From positions 36,952,001 to 37,016,000 of the forward strand of contig NC_042998.1 of NCBI RefSeq assembly GCF_006345805.1: 64,000 bases of DNA, written 5' to 3'. This DNA is from Octopus sinensis. Taxonomy: Eukaryota. A program made the translations under genes and the position numbers. The notes below the pieces were generated by a model. That model did no database searches, was not told the DNA's origin, and saw only the letters and a program-made list of their open reading frames with translations. This document shows, one piece after another, positions 62,986-64,000 of this stretch. Within the stretch, counting starts at the first letter, position 1; every line of letters begins with the position of its first letter.

Positions 62986-64000
62986 GTTTGTTTGTTGTGT
63001 GTATGCTTCTGGAAAACCATTACTTCAGAGTCGAAAGAAAATCGTTGGTTTTATGTCAGGCGTATTACAGGTAGTTATCTTATCGATCCCAGAATAGAGA
63101 CACTCAAGCAATGAGAGCTAAATATTTTCGCTATTCAAACTCATTTTTTTTTCATGTTTAAAAACGTGTTTCCATAAATGTAGGTTAAGAGAAAATAAAG
63201 GCGTGAGAGTTATACGGCTTCGGAAAAAAAATAACAACGAAATGCAAAAGCTGAGCATTACCACGCATATCAATCTCCAGCCGAATTACTTCAATGAAGA
63301 TAAATTTCAAAAACTAATATTTCAAAATATAGACTTCGGCTAAATCCATTTGCAGGAGTTAGAAATATAATCAATCTACTCCCATTCATTTCCGACTTAA
63401 ATTTATCTTTAAGAACATAAGTGAATCCATTCGGTGATGCGTTAAAATCAAAACCAATCACATAATAATCAAGAGAATGTATCTCGGCAACAAAACTTCA
63501 CGTTAATGGCTACTTTATTTTTCAAGCTTTATATTCACATGCATCCGTTTCCTTGTCATTGTTGTTAACCTATACAAGTATTGGTCGTTTATGCCACCAC
63601 GTAAATGCACTAATCGAGAGCACCCACACAAAAAATAGAAGACGTTACATCCATGCAAACCGCACGGTCACACAGATGCATGCACACATATACACACACT
63701 CATACGCATGCTGATGTGTATGTGCATACATAAAGGGTCTTGCAAATACATTGAGACTTATTTTACGATGCGTAAAATTGGTTATAAATACTAGAAGAAT
63801 GGTAGTATACACATGGTTCTAATGTAACATTTATTACAACAAATATATTTATCACTCAATATGGCCGCTCTTTTAGGCAATTACTGCCTCCACCTGAGAA
63901 TGAAATTTTTTTTGCACAACCTCCGCGAAACTGTTGACACTCGAGTGTGATGAAGCTTTGGTCCTTGCTTGAAGTACCCTTAAAGAAAGTAATCGAGTAT

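Overview
AT-rich, microsatellite-dense animal genomic DNA with no complete gene recognisable. The repeat families match my recollection of Octopus repeats, so the taxon is an inference. Most ORF-track entries are translations of (TA)n, (CA)n, (TATC)n, (TACA)n and (CAT)n tracts. Supported content: more than 20 tRNA-derived SINE copies in about five families; a 5'-truncated CR1-group LINE with an uninterrupted 355-aa RT ORF (27.5-28.6 kb); three decayed RTE-clade LINE pieces; two mariner relics, one internally inverted; and a Tc1-like relic. There are also many short Penelope-like terminal fragments, mostly in or beside (TA)n tracts. These carry minimal type-I hammerhead ribozyme motifs: two have intact cores (23.6 kb minus, 50.45 kb plus) and about eight are eroded. 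Several are folded back into long inverted repeats, including a perfect 98-bp-arm palindrome at 29.6-29.8 kb, and one hammerhead-bearing tail sits behind a tRNA-like Pol III head. A chain of phase-compatible candidate exons on the minus strand (14.3 to 1.2 kb, one LRR-like) may belong to a host gene, but this is tentative.
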